NCBI GenBank assembly: GCA_016192455.1
Contig: JACPUC010000001.1
Span: forward strand, 248,001 to 306,109
From: Candidatus Tectimicrobiota bacterium
GTDB taxonomy: Bacteria; JACPUC01
DNA length: 58,109 nt
Direction: 5' to 3'
Positions 56,327 through 58,109 of this stretch are shown piece by piece. The position numbers were made by a program, and so were the translations under genes. The notes under the pieces are model-generated. The model was not told where the DNA came from, ran no database searches, and saw only the letters and a list, made by a program, of their open reading frames with translations. The first letter of the stretch is position 1; every line of letters starts with the position of its first letter.

Positions 56327-57330
56327 TCGTTCCAGCCTTGCAGAATCTCGATCAGCCGCAGGGCGGCGTGGTCCCAGGTGAAAGCCCAGCGGGCGAGGGC
56401 GGCGGCCTGGGCGCGCAGCTCGCGGGTGGCGGCGTAGTCTGCATAGGCGCGGCGCATCAGGCGGCGCAGGTGGCGCGGGTCGGGTTCATCGACGACGATG
56501 GGGACGCCGTACTCGGCCTGGCGGCGTCGGGTGCTGACGACGAAGGCGGTGCGCGGCGTGACGAACTCGGCGAGGCCGGTGTGGCTGGGCGCGATGACGA
56601 GGCAGCCGCTGGCCATCGCTTCGAGGGCGGTGAGGCCGAAGCCTTCGCCGCGGGAGGGGAAGACGAACGCCTGGGCGGACTCGTAGAGGAGGCGGATGCT
56701 GGATTCGTCCAGGTTGCGGCCGTCGAAGTGGACCTTGCCGCCGTGGGAGGCGAGGTGCTGGTCCTGGGCGGCGGCGGTGGTCTTGACGTACAGCTCGACC
56801 GGCTCCCAGGGGCGGAACTCGGCCTGAAAGGCGGCAACGGCGATGTCCCAGCCCTTGCGCACGTCGGGCGCGCCGAGCCAGAGGAAGCGGAAGCGAGGGC
56901 TGATCCGCAGATTTCGCCGATTACGCCGATTAAAATCTGTGGCATCTGCGTAATCTGCGGATGCTCTTTCGCGATAGGGGAAGGCGGCGGGGTCGAAGCC
57001 GAGGGGGCAGACCTGCGAGTCGAGGTTGTAGCCGGCGAGGGCGCGCTGGTTGTGGGCGCAGGGGACGATGAGGCGGTCGGCCAGGCGGGCGCCGGCGAGG
57101 AACTCGGGCGGCAGGCGGTCGGCCTCGAACATGGTGAAGAGGACGTTGACCGGGTTCGGGCGGCGCTGGTAGAGGTGCGCCGGGGCGAAGGCGAGGGCGA
57201 CGGGGGCGTTGTCGTCATCGCGCAGCTCGGCTCCGGCGCGCAGGACGGCGGCGCGCAGCTCGCGGTTGGCCTTGGCGTAACCGTAGGTCTTGCCGATGCC
57301 GCCGATGTCATAGGACCAACGAAGCCGCAC
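56278..57330 (-). CDS. Glycosyltransferase family 4 protein
   Basis: FTMFE..LP, RKGWD, FVFPSRGEGFGL..LEAMASG, FTWD..A. Confidence 0.92.
   Translation of the reverse strand: MRLRWSYDIGGIGKTYGYAKANRELRAAVLRAGAELRDDDNAPVALAFAPAHLYQRRPNPVNVLFTMFEADRLPPEFLAGARLADRLIVPCAHNQRALAGYNLDSQVCPLGFDPAAFPYRERASADYADATDFNRRNRRNLRISPRFRFLWLGAPDVRKGWDIAVAAFQAEFRPWEPVELYVKTTAAAQDQHLASHGGKVHFDGRNLDESSIRLLYESAQAFVFPSRGEGFGLTALEAMASGCLVIAPSHTGLAEFVTPRTAFVVSTRRRQAEYGVPIVVDEPDPRHLRRLMRRAYADYAATRELRAQAAALARWAFTWDHAALRLIEILQGWNDPQIAQMTPIESAQSA
56903..56962. repeat. Family A palindrome in frame inside the glycosyltransferase gene
   Basis: 60 bp (multiple of 3); encodes about SADYADATDFNRRNRRNLRI between FPYRER and PRFRFLWLG. 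Confidence 0.9.
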
Positions 57331-57355
57331 GGGTTCAGCTTCTCCCTTTAGAAAG

Positions 57356-57481
57356 GAACCACTGATGGACACGGATGAACACGGATAGCCTTCGGCCCCT
57401 CACCCCGGCCCTCTCCCTGGGGGAGAGGGATGATCAGTGTGTATCGGTGTTCATCTGTGGTTCTCCGTTCATCTGTGGTTC
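57356..57481. repeat. Family B palindrome with a family D hairpin nested in its loop
   Basis: GAACCACTGATGGACACGGATGAACACGGAT [CCCCTCACCCCGGCCCTCTCCCTGGGGGAGAGGG] ATCAGTGTGTATCGGTGTTCATCTGTGGTTC. Confidence 0.8.
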
Positions 57482-57487
57482 TGCCCG

Positions 57488-57940
57488 CTAATTGGGCGCC
57501 GCCTGCACGCGCTCCTCGACGAGGAGTTTCACGCGCGCGTGGTGCACGAGCAGGCCGCTGAACCGTTCGGCATCGAGCTTCTCGAGCTGTGGCGGCTGGA
57601 CGAGCTCGGCGACGTTATTGAGCGTCGTTTTGGTGCGAAAGGCGGTCATCACGCTCTCCACCAGGGACTGAAAGGTCTTCTCCGTGGCGGCGCTGTCGTC
57701 GATGCCGTAGTAGCCCCGCAGCAGGTAGGTATGGCGTCGCACGACGTGCTGCACGGCATCCCATCGTTCCGCCGTCTCGCGGCGGGTGATGGTCCAGAAG
57801 TTGATGATGGAGCTCGAGACGAACAGCGTGCTGAAGGAGGCATCGTCCACATTCCAGCGGGCGTAGTCGTGCACCGTTCCGATGCCCGTCACGCCTTGCA
57901 GCACCGCCTTGATCTGCGCCAGTGCGGTTGTGTAGCTCAC
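57488..57940 (-). CDS. Tail completion/terminator-like protein
   Basis: I.A.L.GV.GIG.VHDY.R, W.I.R, GYY.I.D.A.TEK.FQ.LVE.V..AFR; upstream of the tail tube. Confidence 0.65.
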   Translation of the reverse strand: MSYTTALAQIKAVLQGVTGIGTVHDYARWNVDDASFSTLFVSSSIINFWTITRRETAERWDAVQHVVRRHTYLLRGYYGIDDSAATEKTFQSLVESVMTAFRTKTTLNNVAELVQPPQLEKLDAERFSGLLVHHARVKLLVEERVQAAPN

Positions 57941-57970
57941 AGCTTCGCCTCGCTCACGGGGTTGGGTGCC

Positions 57971-58109
57971 TAGTACTTAGTTGCGTTATTGCACTTTACG
58001 TGCTATGATGGGGGCATGAACACCTCATCCGTCCCCATTACGTTGAGTCAGGAGGAGCGACAGACCCTGGAGCGCTGGCGCCGCACCCCGACGACCGAGC
58101 AGCGCCGGG
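57971..58109 (+). mobile_element. Left end of an IS630-family element (partial)
   Basis: Starts at TA (TAGTACTTAGTTGCG) where a minus-strand phage frame breaks off; internal TTGCGT-17-TATGAT promoter. Confidence 0.7.
58016..58109 (+). CDS. IS630-family transposase N-terminus (partial)
   Basis: MNTSSVPITLSQEERQTLERWRRTPTTEQRR. Confidence 0.7.
   Translation, partial: MNTSSVPITLSQEERQTLERWRRTPTTEQRR

Larger units (their letters stand above)
33291..57970 (-). mobile_element. Prophage-derived non-contractile tail + lysis module (split by a host block; continues beyond the IS)
   Basis: Co-oriented tail tube, G/GT chaperone, tape measure, tail tip, hydrolase, holin and spanin genes; no sheath, capsid or integrase in the window. 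Confidence 0.85.

Noticed and set aside
36260-56962. Family A repeats as a CRISPR array
   Set aside because: Copies are degenerate, dispersed and separated by whole genes; no regular spacers or cas genes.
33291-57940. Contractile system (R-tailocin, eCIS, T6SS)
   Set aside because: No sheath, baseplate wedge/J or VgrG/PAAR gene recognisable; gene order is siphovirus-like.

Overview
GC-rich bacterial DNA in three parts. (1) About 1-32 kb is host metabolic/catabolic DNA: hydrolases, oxidoreductases, five solute-binding proteins with no permease or ATPase genes, a MetE-like enzyme, an orphan xanthine-dehydrogenase-family Mo subunit, an orphan hydantoinase B, recG and two J-like-domain proteins. 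It also holds a relBE islet bracketed by a perfect 77-bp direct repeat, and hicB followed by a frameshifted hicA. (2) About 33.3-58 kb is a minus-strand siphovirus-type (sheath-less) tail and lysis module. Its order is tail completion, GT4 glycosyltransferase, tail tube, G/GT chaperone with an intact A-AAA-AAC -1 slippery site, tape measure, methyltransferase, tail-tip proteins, cell wall hydrolase, fibre, holin and overlapping spanins. An IS630-like element cuts it at the right edge. (3) Between the chaperone and tape-measure genes the module is split by about 9.5 kb: plus-strand host genes (MoxR, vWA, thioesterase, epimerase-isochorismatase fusion, recJ) plus two AT-richer cassettes (a possible toxin/immunity pair and an SDH/ClpP-fold protease cassette). 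The most unusual signal is a set of ~60-bp imperfect palindromes in most gaps between phage genes. One family is confined to the phage module; five copies sit 16-17 nt before a start codon and one is in frame inside the glycosyltransferase gene. All calls come from motif recognition by eye; no searches were run.
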